A stretch of DNA of 64,000 nucleotides, from positions 9,244,973 through 9,308,972 of the forward strand of contig OZ037770.1 in the NCBI GenBank assembly GCA_964035545.1. Reading direction: 5' to 3'. Below the pieces are notes generated by a model that worked only from the letters and a program-made list of their open reading frames with translations, searched no databases and was not told the origin of the DNA. The position numbers and the translations under genes were made by a program. Shown here piece by piece: positions 40,859-51,188 of this stretch (the stretch's first letter is position 1; each line of letters begins with the position of its first letter). The DNA is from Bugula neritina (Eukaryota; Animalia; Bryozoa).

Positions 40859-41163
40859 TGTGGTGGCTCGTGGAGCTACCAGCAACACAATACGCAAGGT
40901 TGCGTATTGACCCGGAACAATGTATTAGCCAATTAGCTAGGCTGTTTTATAAGTAATAGTAGCCGCTTCGCGCTACTAGCTCAGTTGAGGATAGTGCTGT
41001 AAACTAAATAGACGTGCGTATCATTACTGTTGTACATTGGATTTTTATTATGTATTCTTGTATTAAATATAACGATATCTACTCGACTTAACTGGTGAAG
41101 TTTCTCTAGTGTTAAATAGACTCTCTTGGTGACACATCAACCCTAGATCTGAAAACTACAACA
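40859..41163 (+). repeat. 5' LTR
   Basis: Identical by eye to 47997-48301. Confidence 0.95.
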
Positions 41164-41164
41164 G

Positions 41165-41182
41165 TGGTGGCAGCAGTGGGAT
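41165..41182 (+). promoter_or_regulatory. Primer-binding site, tRNA-Leu type
   Basis: tggtggcagcagtgggat is complementary to a tRNA 3' end atcccactgctgccacca. Confidence 0.8.
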
Positions 41183-41196
41183 AGTGTATATCAAAG

Positions 41197-42063
41197 ATGG
41201 AGACTGAACATGCTAGAATGCAACCACCCCCAGTAGAAGGTGAGCGTAGAAATGCTGTTAATCCTGTGAATCGTGAAGGAGAAGAAGCTTATAGACATTG
41301 CTTGAAAGCTCCCACCTTTACTGGGTCGGAAGATGTCGAACAATTTATACAAGAATTTAGAGAGGTAATGGAAGTTGCTCAATGGCCGCATAGAGTGGCC
41401 CTTATCAAATTGCGGAGGGCGGTGACGGAGCAAGCCAAGCCGTACGGAGTGGGAACGGACGTAGACGGCATACTGGCTGCGCTGCGGGCCCGTTTTGGCA
41501 CCTCCGTCATAGACGCCAGGACCAAGCTGGAGAGATTGTGCCGCACCCCGCGGACCTCGCTACAAGAACATGCCGCGACGGTGAAGAAGCTGGCGCAGAT
41601 TGCATATAGCGATCTGCCAGCACAACACCAAGAGCGTTACACCTATGACGCCTTTGTCCAGTCCCTAAACGACCTGGGCCTAGACCATCACCTACGAGCT
41701 AAAGGGATAACCAGAATAGAGGATGCCCTGGAGGCTGGAGAAGCTTACCTGTTGGCTACCCAAATGCATCGAGCACAACGGAACCCACCAGTAGTTGGAG
41801 TCAGCGCTGCTCGGGCTACGACAAGCTCCGAAGCCCTCCCGCTGGAAGCCGAAGTGGACCGTATGGTAGAGATGCTGGGACAATTGGTGACCATTCTGGC
41901 CGGTGCTGGCCCCGGTCAGGCCGTGCGGATGCCCCCAACACCTGTGGGGCAAGGCTGGAGTAGCGCTGATCAGGACCAGGGACAGAAAGGACGACCCCAA
42001 TACCAGGGGGCGTTAAACTGTCACGGCCCGCGGACACTCTCCCTCCCCGCGGGCCGCAACTAA
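41197..42063 (+). CDS. gag: Gag (capsid; no CCHC knuckle)
   Basis: 288-aa ORF after the PBS; APTFTGSEDVEQFIQEF...W, RARFG capsid-like pattern. Confidence 0.88.
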   Translation: METEHARMQPPPVEGERRNAVNPVNREGEEAYRHCLKAPTFTGSEDVEQFIQEFREVMEVAQWPHRVALIKLRRAVTEQAKPYGVGTDVDGILAALRARFGTSVIDARTKLERLCRTPRTSLQEHAATVKKLAQIAYSDLPAQHQERYTYDAFVQSLNDLGLDHHLRAKGITRIEDALEAGEAYLLATQMHRAQRNPPVVGVSAARATTSSEALPLEAEVDRMVEMLGQLVTILAGAGPGQAVRMPPTPVGQGWSSADQDQGQKGRPQYQGALNCHGPRTLSLPAGRN

Positions 42064-42068
42064 AGGAG
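42012..42068 (+). promoter_or_regulatory. Putative -1 ribosomal frameshift signal (slippery GTTAAAC plus stem/pseudoknot)
   Basis: The pol frame is -1 relative to gag and open across this site. A perfect 10-bp GC stem 42024-42033/42047-42056 starts 5 nt downstream; loop ctcc can pair with ggag at 42065. Confidence 0.72.
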
Positions 42069-42236
42069 TATGGTGGAACACGCCGTCGTCTGTCCGTACG
42101 GACCCGGCGGAACATTCTACCCGAGTGGCAGGTACCACGCAGGACTAGTAAGCCCGCACAACGGCCCAGTACCTTTTCCCTGCCACTCGCTAACCGGTTT
42201 CACCGGTTACCTCGGGAGGAGGAGCCCGCCACTGAA

Positions 42237-45200
42237 ATGGAGCCAGAAGGCCCAGTGGAGAGGCCCAAACCCCGCCGGCACCAACCTCGCCGCCGGAAGC
42301 CCCGTAAACCACGGGTGGAACCCCCGCCGTCCTGTCAAACCAGGACAGCACATGCGGGGGGGGTGAAAGTACAACCACATGGAGAGAGCTACTTCCTACC
42401 CGGAAAGGTGGCCGGCAACGCCGTCACTTTCCTGCTCGACTCCGGTTGTACTACCAACCTTCTCAGCCGTAGAGTCTTTGAGGCACTGCCCCGCCGGGAC
42501 AGGGATAGAGTACGACCGTATACTGGAGAACATGGCACCCTGGCAGACGGGTCATGTATCCCCTTTTATGGTATTATCGAGCTCCCTGGGCGTGTCCGAG
42601 ATCAGGCTGTACAGGAGACCTTTATCATAGGTCAACTGGAGGAAGATGCTATCCTCGGCATGCCCTTCTTGAAGCAACACCAGTGCCGAATAGATTTTAG
42701 TAAGTCGGTGGTGCTGATGGGCGGGCGAGAACTCGCCTGTGTGGATAAGTTTGGGCGTCCTCTGGTGGGCGGTGTTCAGGTAGTTCGGAACTGCACCGTA
42801 CCCGGACGCTCCAGAGCTACTATCCACTGCCGAGTGAACAGCAACCGGATAGCCAGGCTCGGGGTCGTTGAAAGCGCGCACGAAAAGATCCAACTCGCCA
42901 GTAGTTTAAACCGACTAACTGAGCGAGGGGAGGTCTTAGTGCAGTGCGTCAACCCCTTTACCGAGCCCATTGAGCTCCCAGCTGGGTCAATGCTGGGCCG
43001 GTTCCATTCCGTCCAGGAAGAGGACGTGGGCCCGTCGCTAGGTGACGCGACGGAGGCACCCCCTCGACACCCTATTCAGGGACGAGGGGCAGTCCCGACA
43101 CATCTCCGGGAGTTATACGAAACAGCCAGTGGCGGCTGCGCGAGTAACAGAGAACGCCAAGCTATGGCCAAGTTACTACGCGACTACGGTGATGTGTTCA
43201 GCAGCGGGGAGAATGACGTGGGACTGACTGGAATTGTCAGACACGAAATACCGCTGACTGCAGGGACAGTCCCTGTCCGGCAGCCCACGCGCAGGCTGGG
43301 GCCGGAGAAAGAGAAGGAGGTTAGCCGACAAGTACGGGATCTTCTGGACCGGGGACTGATAGAGCCCGCCCATAGTGCGTGGAGCTCGCCAGTCGTACTG
43401 GTCCGGAAGAAAGACGGCAGTTGGCGGTTCTGTGTGGACTACCGCAAACTCAATAGCGTAACCATACAGGACGCCTACCCTCTACCTCGTATTGACGAGT
43501 CATTGGACGCCCTAGCCGGCAGCAAGTACTTCAGTACGTTAGACTTGCTAAGCGGCTATTGGCAGGTTCCTCTGAGTCCCGACGCCCAGGAGAAAGCGGC
43601 GTTTATCACACGGGACGGGTTGTGGAAGTGGAAGGTGCTGCCCTTCGGGTTAACCTCCGCCCCAGCCACCTTCCAGAGGCTGATGGAACAAGTCCTTAGC
43701 GGACTCCATTGGAAGACACTGCTGGTCTACCTCGATGATGTCATCGTAATCTCTCCAGACTTCGAGACACATGTCAGTCGTCTGCAGGAGGTTTTCGAGA
43801 GACTCCGAGGTGCCGGTCTTAAGCTCAAACCTTCCAAGTGCGCTCTATTGCAGCCGGAGGTCAAGTACCTGGGGCACGTTGTCGGTCGAAACGGCGTGGC
43901 AACGGATCCCGAAAAGGTACGGGCAGTAGAAGACTGGGTCACCCCCCAAGACTTGACCGGACTCCGGGCTTTCTTGGGGCTGGTAGGGTATTACAGGCAA
44001 TACATACCAGACTTTGCGGGCATAGCCCAGCCGTTAAACCGGCTTACCGCAAAGGGAGTGACGTGGCAGTGGACTCCAGTCGAACAAGAAGCGTTCGACC
44101 GCCTCAAGGGCTGCCTCCTAACGGCGCCCATCTTGGCCTACCCAGACCCCACTCTGGAGTACATCCTAGACACAGACGCCAGTGACCAGAATGTTGGCGC
44201 TGTGCTGTCGCAAGTGCAGGAAGGCCGAGAAGTAGTAGTAGCCTACTACAGCAAGTCTCTCTCTCCCGCTGAACGAAATTACTGCACTACCCGCAAGGAG
44301 CTGCTGGCAGTAATCAAGTCAGTGAAGCACTTCAGACCATACCTATATGGCAGGAAGTTCCGGCTGCGTACGGATCATGCCTCGCTGATCTGGTTGTGCA
44401 GGAGAGCAGAGCCCTCCAGTCAGGTCGCCCGGTGGCTCGAAATCCTAGCTGAATTCTCGTACCGGATCGAACACCGACCGGGCAAGAGACACAGCAATGC
44501 AGATGGGTTGAGTCGCCGACCTGACGGAGGTTGCAAACAGTGTCTCAACATCGAGAGGAGGGATGGAGGTCCCCCACGATGCGAGTTGGAGACGCTGGCT
44601 CATCACGGAGCACCGTTTGACTGGGATCAAGGTCAACTCAGGCAAAGAGTTGATGAGTCCCCGGAGGATGTACAAAACCTCCGCGCCAACCCTGTACTGG
44701 CCGGTAATGTTCGAGAGCTGAAGAAGCTCCAAGAAGAGCTGCCGGGAGTCGTGGCAGACATCTACCGGGCCAAAAGGGAAGGGCGACGACCCAGCGAGGA
44801 ACGCATACGACAGGGATGCGCCGAGTTCCGGCTATACTGTCAGCGTTGGGACTCGCTGCGGATCGGGCAGGATGGGTTGCTAACCATCTCGCTAGCTGCC
44901 AGCGGCAGACACCCGGAAAGGAAGAGGGTAGTCTGCCCCACAGCCATCCGCCGTGAGTTGATTTGGGATACTCACAAGCAGGCTCACGCAGGGGTCAAGC
45001 GAGTGATATCCAAATTACGACTCCGGTGGTATTGGCCGCAGATGGAGCGTGACGTCCGGCTCAGAGTCAAACAGTGTGAGATCTGCCAGGCCAGTAAGCA
45101 TAGCCGCCCCCCTGGTGAAGCAGGACGGCGGAGGCTATATGCTGGTAGGCCCTGGCAAGTGGTCGCTGTAGACCTGGTCGGACCCATGCCCCTGACCCCC

Positions 45201-46637
45201 AGAGGCAATAATTGGATCCTAGTACTAACCGACCACTTTACTAGGTGGGCGGATGCTCTGGCTATCCCAGATGCATCAGCCCCAACAGTGGCCAGGGCGC
45301 TAGACCAACATGTATTCTGTTATTTTGGGCTCCCCGAACAGATACACTCTGATCAAGGCGCTCAATTCCAGTCTCAACTGATGAGCGACCTTTGCCACCT
45401 CTGGGGAGTAAATCAGAGCAGGACCACCCCCTACCACCCTCAAGGTAACGGGGTGGTGGAGCGCAACAACCGGATGCTAGGTGATGCGCTCCGGAGTCTC
45501 CTCCTTGGACGAGGTCAAGAGGAATGGGATACGGTGTTGCCGCAAGTCATGCGTGCATACCGTAGCACCCCACACACCAGTACTGGTGAGACCCCAAACC
45601 TCTTGATGCTCGGGAGAGAGACTCGTGTCCCTGACCATCTCACCTATCACGTTCCAGAGCAGGATAACTCAGTCCATGAGTATGCCAGTGAACTAGTGGA
45701 ACGGATGAAGGCCGCACACGAGATACTGCGCCAACAACAGTGGAAGGTGCGGCACGAAGATTCCGATGAACCACCCCTCTATCAAAAAGGAGATAAGGTG
45801 TGGATGGTCAATTACCGTAGGCGCCGCGGACAGGCTGATAAGCTGAAGCCTAAGTTCGTAGGCCCCTACGTGGTCGTCGAGGCTATGCCCAATCATACGT
45901 ACAAGATTGAGCGCTCAGGACAGGTGTCTATCCAAAATGAGTCTCGCTTGAAACCGTATTGGGCTAGCCCTGACGGAGTGGGAGAAGCCCCCCCGTTGTT
46001 AGAGCCCAGGAGGCAGACAACGACGCGCGGGCGACGGCGGCATGGACCTGAATACGAAGTGGTCATACCGCGGGAGGAAAACTTGGTGAGAGAGGAGCGG
46101 CAGCTTTTGTCAACAGAAGCGTGTCCGCCACCGCCAAGTCTAATTCCATCACTTCCAGAAACCGAGCCGGTTCCGGAAGTGCAAACCCCCACGGAGGGAG
46201 GGGCTCCATCCGGAGAACAAGAAGAGGTGACCACTAACGGTGAAGTAGAGACGCCATTAGAGGCCCCTACTAACGAACCGGCAAGTGTGTCACCCCCCCT
46301 AGAGAGGGGACAGCGTACGAGGAAGCCCCCACCGTATTTGAAAGACTTCATATGTGACTGCATTAGAAGCGGCGCACATGAAAGTCTAGGGGAAAACCGT
46401 ACGATGAAATGTTGGAGTTGTGAACCCCACGCAAATATCAACTTTTGCGAGGGCGGAATAGTGGGAGGAATTAATGCGCGTAAAGCAAATAGTTCCGACC
46501 TCGTGCCTCAGAAACGATGCTCAGCCTTTTCTTATGCTGACATCGCCAAAGGCAGACGTATCTCACAACCAGCTCCAACCTTACCAAGAACGTTGAGTAT
46601 GGACATTAATACCGAGTTCCCAGGTAAGCCAGTATAA
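42237..46637 (+). CDS. pol: Pol polyprotein PR-RT-RNaseH-IN (probably Gag-Pol via frameshift at ~42015)
   Basis: LLDSGC protease; WRFCVDYRKLN, LPFGL, YLDD RT; TDAS, ELLA, RTDH, NADGLSR RNase H; HHCC, VAVDL, HSDQG, VER integrase; GPY module. Confidence 0.96.
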   Translation: MEPEGPVERPKPRRHQPRRRKPRKPRVEPPPSCQTRTAHAGGVKVQPHGESYFLPGKVAGNAVTFLLDSGCTTNLLSRRVFEALPRRDRDRVRPYTGEHGTLADGSCIPFYGIIELPGRVRDQAVQETFIIGQLEEDAILGMPFLKQHQCRIDFSKSVVLMGGRELACVDKFGRPLVGGVQVVRNCTVPGRSRATIHCRVNSNRIARLGVVESAHEKIQLASSLNRLTERGEVLVQCVNPFTEPIELPAGSMLGRFHSVQEEDVGPSLGDATEAPPRHPIQGRGAVPTHLRELYETASGGCASNRERQAMAKLLRDYGDVFSSGENDVGLTGIVRHEIPLTAGTVPVRQPTRRLGPEKEKEVSRQVRDLLDRGLIEPAHSAWSSPVVLVRKKDGSWRFCVDYRKLNSVTIQDAYPLPRIDESLDALAGSKYFSTLDLLSGYWQVPLSPDAQEKAAFITRDGLWKWKVLPFGLTSAPATFQRLMEQVLSGLHWKTLLVYLDDVIVISPDFETHVSRLQEVFERLRGAGLKLKPSKCALLQPEVKYLGHVVGRNGVATDPEKVRAVEDWVTPQDLTGLRAFLGLVGYYRQYIPDFAGIAQPLNRLTAKGVTWQWTPVEQEAFDRLKGCLLTAPILAYPDPTLEYILDTDASDQNVGAVLSQVQEGREVVVAYYSKSLSPAERNYCTTRKELLAVIKSVKHFRPYLYGRKFRLRTDHASLIWLCRRAEPSSQVARWLEILAEFSYRIEHRPGKRHSNADGLSRRPDGGCKQCLNIERRDGGPPRCELETLAHHGAPFDWDQGQLRQRVDESPEDVQNLRANPVLAGNVRELKKLQEELPGVVADIYRAKREGRRPSEERIRQGCAEFRLYCQRWDSLRIGQDGLLTISLAASGRHPERKRVVCPTAIRRELIWDTHKQAHAGVKRVISKLRLRWYWPQMERDVRLRVKQCEICQASKHSRPPGEAGRRRLYAGRPWQVVAVDLVGPMPLTPRGNNWILVLTDHFTRWADALAIPDASAPTVARALDQHVFCYFGLPEQIHSDQGAQFQSQLMSDLCHLWGVNQSRTTPYHPQGNGVVERNNRMLGDALRSLLLGRGQEEWDTVLPQVMRAYRSTPHTSTGETPNLLMLGRETRVPDHLTYHVPEQDNSVHEYASELVERMKAAHEILRQQQWKVRHEDSDEPPLYQKGDKVWMVNYRRRRGQADKLKPKFVGPYVVVEAMPNHTYKIERSGQVSIQNESRLKPYWASPDGVGEAPPLLEPRRQTTTRGRRRHGPEYEVVIPREENLVREERQLLSTEACPPPPSLIPSLPETEPVPEVQTPTEGGAPSGEQEEVTTNGEVETPLEAPTNEPASVSPPLERGQRTRKPPPYLKDFICDCIRSGAHESLGENRTMKCWSCEPHANINFCEGGIVGGINARKANSSDLVPQKRCSAFSYADIAKGRRISQPAPTLPRTLSMDINTEFPGKPV

Positions 46638-46654
46638 GTCTTGTATTCCTATTC

Positions 46655-47728
46655 ATGGAAACGGGCTCGATGCCAGTAGATTCTGAACTAATTCAGCAGA
46701 TTGAATCAGAATTACTGGGAACCACGTTTCATGTGAATGACGATGAAGACACTGTAATGGCCGATGGTCTGTTAGACCTGGAGCTAGACACTGTTCTTGG
46801 TCAGTCCACACATGATTCATCAGTTCCTCGAGTGCATTCCAAAAGCAGTGACTCTCAGGCTAGCAACGGTCGACAGTCACTAGAATTAGGTTGTAAAGAT
46901 CCACCGCGATCTAACACTAATTCTACTTTTGTAGACACACTCGCGCCCGTCTCTCCGGGCATGCCTTCTCTAGAGATGGCGTGGGACTCAGAGCCGGCCC
47001 CAACAACTTCTACCACCAGGAAACTGCCACCCCAGTTGGAAGCAACCTCCAACTGGATTACCCCTGCCACAGAGAGAGAGATCAGGACCCATCAAGGAGG
47101 TGAGGGTAATCGTGAATGCAACCTCTGCCAACAGCGATTCACGACCCACCGCAGACTAAAAGTACACTTGCCGCAACACTACATCACCACTTTCTGCCCT
47201 TGCGGAGAATATAGCTACAATCGTGACTACCTGTTGCGGCACCAACGTACTATGCAGTGTTATCAAGGGCATGTCTATGAAGTAGACGAATCATCCTATC
47301 CTGCTTTTCTCAACGCCATCAAACCACTCATCACTGACTCAGCTCGGCTATCTCACCTGGAGCAAGGCTTCCCTTCCCCGCGACCCATCATCTCTGGAGC
47401 CGCAGATAAACCTACACAGTCTGCTAACTCTCCACCTCACAGTCCTATACGCATGCCGCATACCTTTCCTCGTGTCGTACTACAGAGAGTAGACACAAAT
47501 GCGTATACACTCCCTCCTCCTCTTCCATCCTCAGAGCGGAAACGACACAGGCAACCAACTTCCTCTCGCTCGTCCCCCTGGGCCCGTAACCTACGTGAGG
47601 TAGAAGCTAGGGCGCATGACTTGGAGCAAGAAGTGTACAGGCTGGCCCCACGGGTACAGGCAGCATCCAGTGAACTCAAATACTTACAGGAGTCTATTAA
47701 ACGCATGAAGCGTGCGGCCCGCAGTTAA
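46655..47728 (+). CDS. Accessory ORF3 of the Gypsy element: acidic N-terminus, C2H2-type zinc fingers, C-terminal coiled coil
   Basis: 357-aa ORF between pol and PPT; CNLC-x12-H-x3-H and CPC-x12-H-x5-C motifs; no signal peptide or TM segment. Confidence 0.8.
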   Translation: METGSMPVDSELIQQIESELLGTTFHVNDDEDTVMADGLLDLELDTVLGQSTHDSSVPRVHSKSSDSQASNGRQSLELGCKDPPRSNTNSTFVDTLAPVSPGMPSLEMAWDSEPAPTTSTTRKLPPQLEATSNWITPATEREIRTHQGGEGNRECNLCQQRFTTHRRLKVHLPQHYITTFCPCGEYSYNRDYLLRHQRTMQCYQGHVYEVDESSYPAFLNAIKPLITDSARLSHLEQGFPSPRPIISGAADKPTQSANSPPHSPIRMPHTFPRVVLQRVDTNAYTLPPPLPSSERKRHRQPTSSRSSPWARNLREVEARAHDLEQEVYRLAPRVQAASSELKYLQESIKRMKRAARS

Positions 47729-47984
47729 CTCGAATCTACCTACAACTCCATACTACTCATTCCCCTACCTCTCTGTGGCATTCCCTACCGTAATGGTGGC
47801 ACGTACTCTACATGTAGATAGGACCTTCTCTTGCTTATTACTTAGTGTGCACGTTATATATACCTGTATATTTTTTTTATCAGTTGTTGTTTTTTTTTGT
47901 ATATACTTTTATACTGTTCTCTTACCCCCCCGAAGTATACGTTTTTTTATGTGAGTTTATTTTATCAGAAAGTGGGCTTTCTGC

Positions 47985-47996
47985 TGGAGGGGGCAG
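47985..47996 (+). promoter_or_regulatory. Polypurine tract
   Basis: tggagggggcag immediately before the 3' LTR. Confidence 0.8.
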
Positions 47997-48301
47997 TGTG
48001 GTGGCTCGTGGAGCTACCAGCAACACAATACGCAAGGTTGCGTATTGACCCGGAACAATGTATTAGCCAATTAGCTAGGCTGTTTTATAAGTAATAGTAG
48101 CCGCTTCGCGCTACTAGCTCAGTTGAGGATAGTGCTGTAAACTAAATAGACGTGCGTATCATTACTGTTGTACATTGGATTTTTATTATGTATTCTTGTA
48201 TTAAATATAACGATATCTACTCGACTTAACTGGTGAAGTTTCTCTAGTGTTAAATAGACTCTCTTGGTGACACATCAACCCTAGATCTGAAAACTACAAC
48301 A
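47997..48301 (+). repeat. 3' LTR
   Basis: Copy of 40859-41163, followed by TSD atag. Confidence 0.95.
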
Positions 48302-48984
48302 ATAGCAACACATCTGAAGTAATCATAGATTGTTTCAACCTGTTATTGGGACACATTACCATTTTGGTTAATCACAGTGACACCAAAACATCAAAAAGAA
48401 AACACTAATTTTTTGACAGTGTCTCAATTTTACTTTAATAAAAAACAGGTAATTTTGATTTGCTAATGCCTGTAATTAATTTCCATTTAGACAACACTTG
48501 TTGTAGTAACTATTATCTGTAGCTTTCATGAATAGATTTGGCATGCCTGGGCTACCTCTGCCTTGACGAATGGAGAGGGGAGCTACTTCAGTTGCTACTA
48601 TGTATTACCAGCTAGAATTCCTAAAGTTATCAGTCCATGCACCCAACAGCTGAACTGACCAGTTACAGATTAGAAGATATAATAATATTTATGAATAAGA
48701 TAAAAATAAAGATAGTATGAGCCAGAAAAATATAAATTAATAAGAAAGGAAATCTGTATAAATTGCAATCAGAACATTATTTTTGAGTAGTCATGTGTCA
48801 TGTTAAAGTTTTTGTGATATTTCAATGCTATAAGTTTACTGTTAAACAAATGATTATTAAATGATGCTGTTTTGCTATGTTATACTGGTGAAAGGAGATT
48901 ATTGTGTAATTTTATATTTCACCCTATGTTATTAGATTCAATAAAGAAAACTAGTGATTTCTAATTAGTGAATCTTACTAACCT

Positions 48985-49039
48985 TTACATGACTAATCAT
49001 TACCAAATATATTATATTTGGTAATGATTGGTCATGTAA
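48985..49039. repeat. 26-bp-arm palindrome (hairpin)
   Basis: ttacatgactaatcattaccaaatat-att-atatttggtaatgattggtcatgtaa, with one T:G pair. Confidence 0.9.
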
Positions 49040-49670
49040 TATGGTTATGTAATTGTTTATAATATTCCTTAATTAGTCTCCATTGTTATTTAAGAGTTTA
49101 CTTATTATACATTAGTGCATGTATAAAATGCACACTAACATATTGTCAAGCACACGCAGCATTGTATAATGTTTATAAGTACTTAAGTTATTTATTATTT
49201 CACTAACTCTTATACAACAGCTTTGTTACCTGTGTTCGTTTTAAAAGACAGAGAACTTCCAGGTAATGCTCTAAATGCTGTAGATTTTACAGAGGCAATG
49301 CAATTTATACAGGAAATGCTTTTTATACTGTTTCCAACAAAACATCACATAATAATATATCACTTAGATTGTTGGAGTTGTGTCCCTAACTTAGTCTCCT
49401 TTACAAACGCATTACTTGTAGTACTTCTCACAAAATTTCAATTGCCCAAATTCTTTATTTTCTTAAAAAAATTTGTCTTAGGTGCTGTTTAACTTTTTTT
49501 TGCAAAAACACATCCCTGCAAGCATCTTTTCTCATTTAGAACACAGACTTTTCTGGAATTCTCCGCCCCTACACCTACTTCCTCCCACACTATTGTAAAA
49601 ATAGCCAAATGCATTTATATTCAGCTTCAATACTATGAAGGAATGTTCTCATGAGCCTTATAGTCTGAGC

Positions 49671-50016
49671 CAGGGGTGTCCAACCTTTTCAGACCGAGGG
49701 CCACTGAAAGGGAATATTTCATGGCGAGGGTCACATTGTAAGCTTTAGCTTGAGGTGAGGGCCACAGCATCAGTATTTTTTAAATTACTTTATTCCAAAT
49801 TCTCAATATGGAATATTACACAATAAGATCCAAATAGTTACTGCAGACTGCATGTTTTGTAGCATGTATAGAAATAAAACATTTAAAAGGTTTTTTTTCA
49901 CTCTAATTCCTGTATGCATACATGTAAAAACTAATTGTAGCTTTATGCCTTGGAGGGCTAGATAAATGTGGGCTGGGCGCACATTCGGCCCTGGGGCCGC
50001 TTGTTGAACAGCCTTA
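49671..50016. mobile_element. hAT-type MITE (family A)
   Basis: caggggtgtccaacc ... ttgaacagcctta; homologous to 63319-63649. Confidence 0.85.
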
Positions 50017-51188
50017 TAGCCTAAGCAATATAAATTATATGGATTTAAAACATATAAATATTGAAGTAAGAGAGTATATAGATTCAACTAGCTAACAATA
50101 CAATTTTACACATATAATATAATAATAATTACATGAAATTTTAATTGAAAATAATTAGTTTGTTAAGAAATTGAAGCTTTTACATTTCTGTTTATAACTA
50201 ATTATAATATCAAATGGCTAAATAAAGACTGTAATAACAACCAATTAATATAGGTGATGTAACAAGAAAGGTATAGCGCATGTTTTATTGCTTAGTTGTT
50301 AATTATTATTAAATTATTATTTTGCAACCTTTCCATTTTCTATGATTGCCTTTCTATTGTAGGCCATGAGCTCTTGTAATGTCAAAGCCTTGTAAACAGC
50401 ATTAAAAAGACTAGGTTGCAAGTGACAGAATATTATTAGATGTATTACACCTTTTAGTCTCATGTTATAGACTACATTTCAACGTAAATGAATAATGAAG
50501 ACAACATTTTATATGGTTTTCATTGCCTGCTACTTGTTACTTGTGTTTTTAAGTTGCAAAACCTTCCCTTAACAAACTTTTGTAAAATCTAAGTTAATTA
50601 AATATGATATTATATTGCAGAAAATATTATTTGGAGCCTTCAAGTTATTATAAAGTCTGTCATAGTAGTTTTATTCAATCACGTGACATAATCAATTCAG
50701 ACATCTTTGAACGCTGACATCACTGATCATGATAATGAAATAAAAGTGTCAGTAGACTAATCAACTTGACTTAATTGTCATCAATATAATTCAATTTAGG
50801 AGAAGACAACTTTGTCTGTCGTCAAGAGATTCAATCAAAGTTCATAATACTTACTTTTGTCAGTCAGACACAACAAGCATTGTTTAACTATAGGCTGCTT
50901 GCAAAACTTATTGGTTTGCATGGTCACTCATTTATAGTAATTACTAATTATTTCCGCTCTGCTATTTTCTATTTATGTAAGTTTACTATGATAGTAAATC
51001 ACTATGATTAGTTGAAGTTAATGCTGCTTATCCAATTTAAACTGCTATATTTTATTTTAAAGACTTTGCTAATTACCTACAAGCAGATACATCGATTTTA
51101 GTAGCTTTCTTATAAACAAACAGCATTCTTCAATATGCTTATAGCTAGTGCACTGGTTTAATATGCTTGGGGTTTAGTTAACTCGCTA

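Larger units (their letters stand above)
40859..48301 (+). mobile_element. Full-length young Ty3/Gypsy LTR retrotransposon (7443 bp)
   Basis: Two 305-bp TG...CA LTRs, 4-bp TSD ATAG, PBS, PPT, and intact gag, pol and third ORF. Confidence 0.97.

Noticed and set aside
41692-47706. Many antisense and alternative-frame ORFs inside the Gypsy element
   Set aside because: Expected shadows of GC-rich coding sequence; no recognisable motifs.
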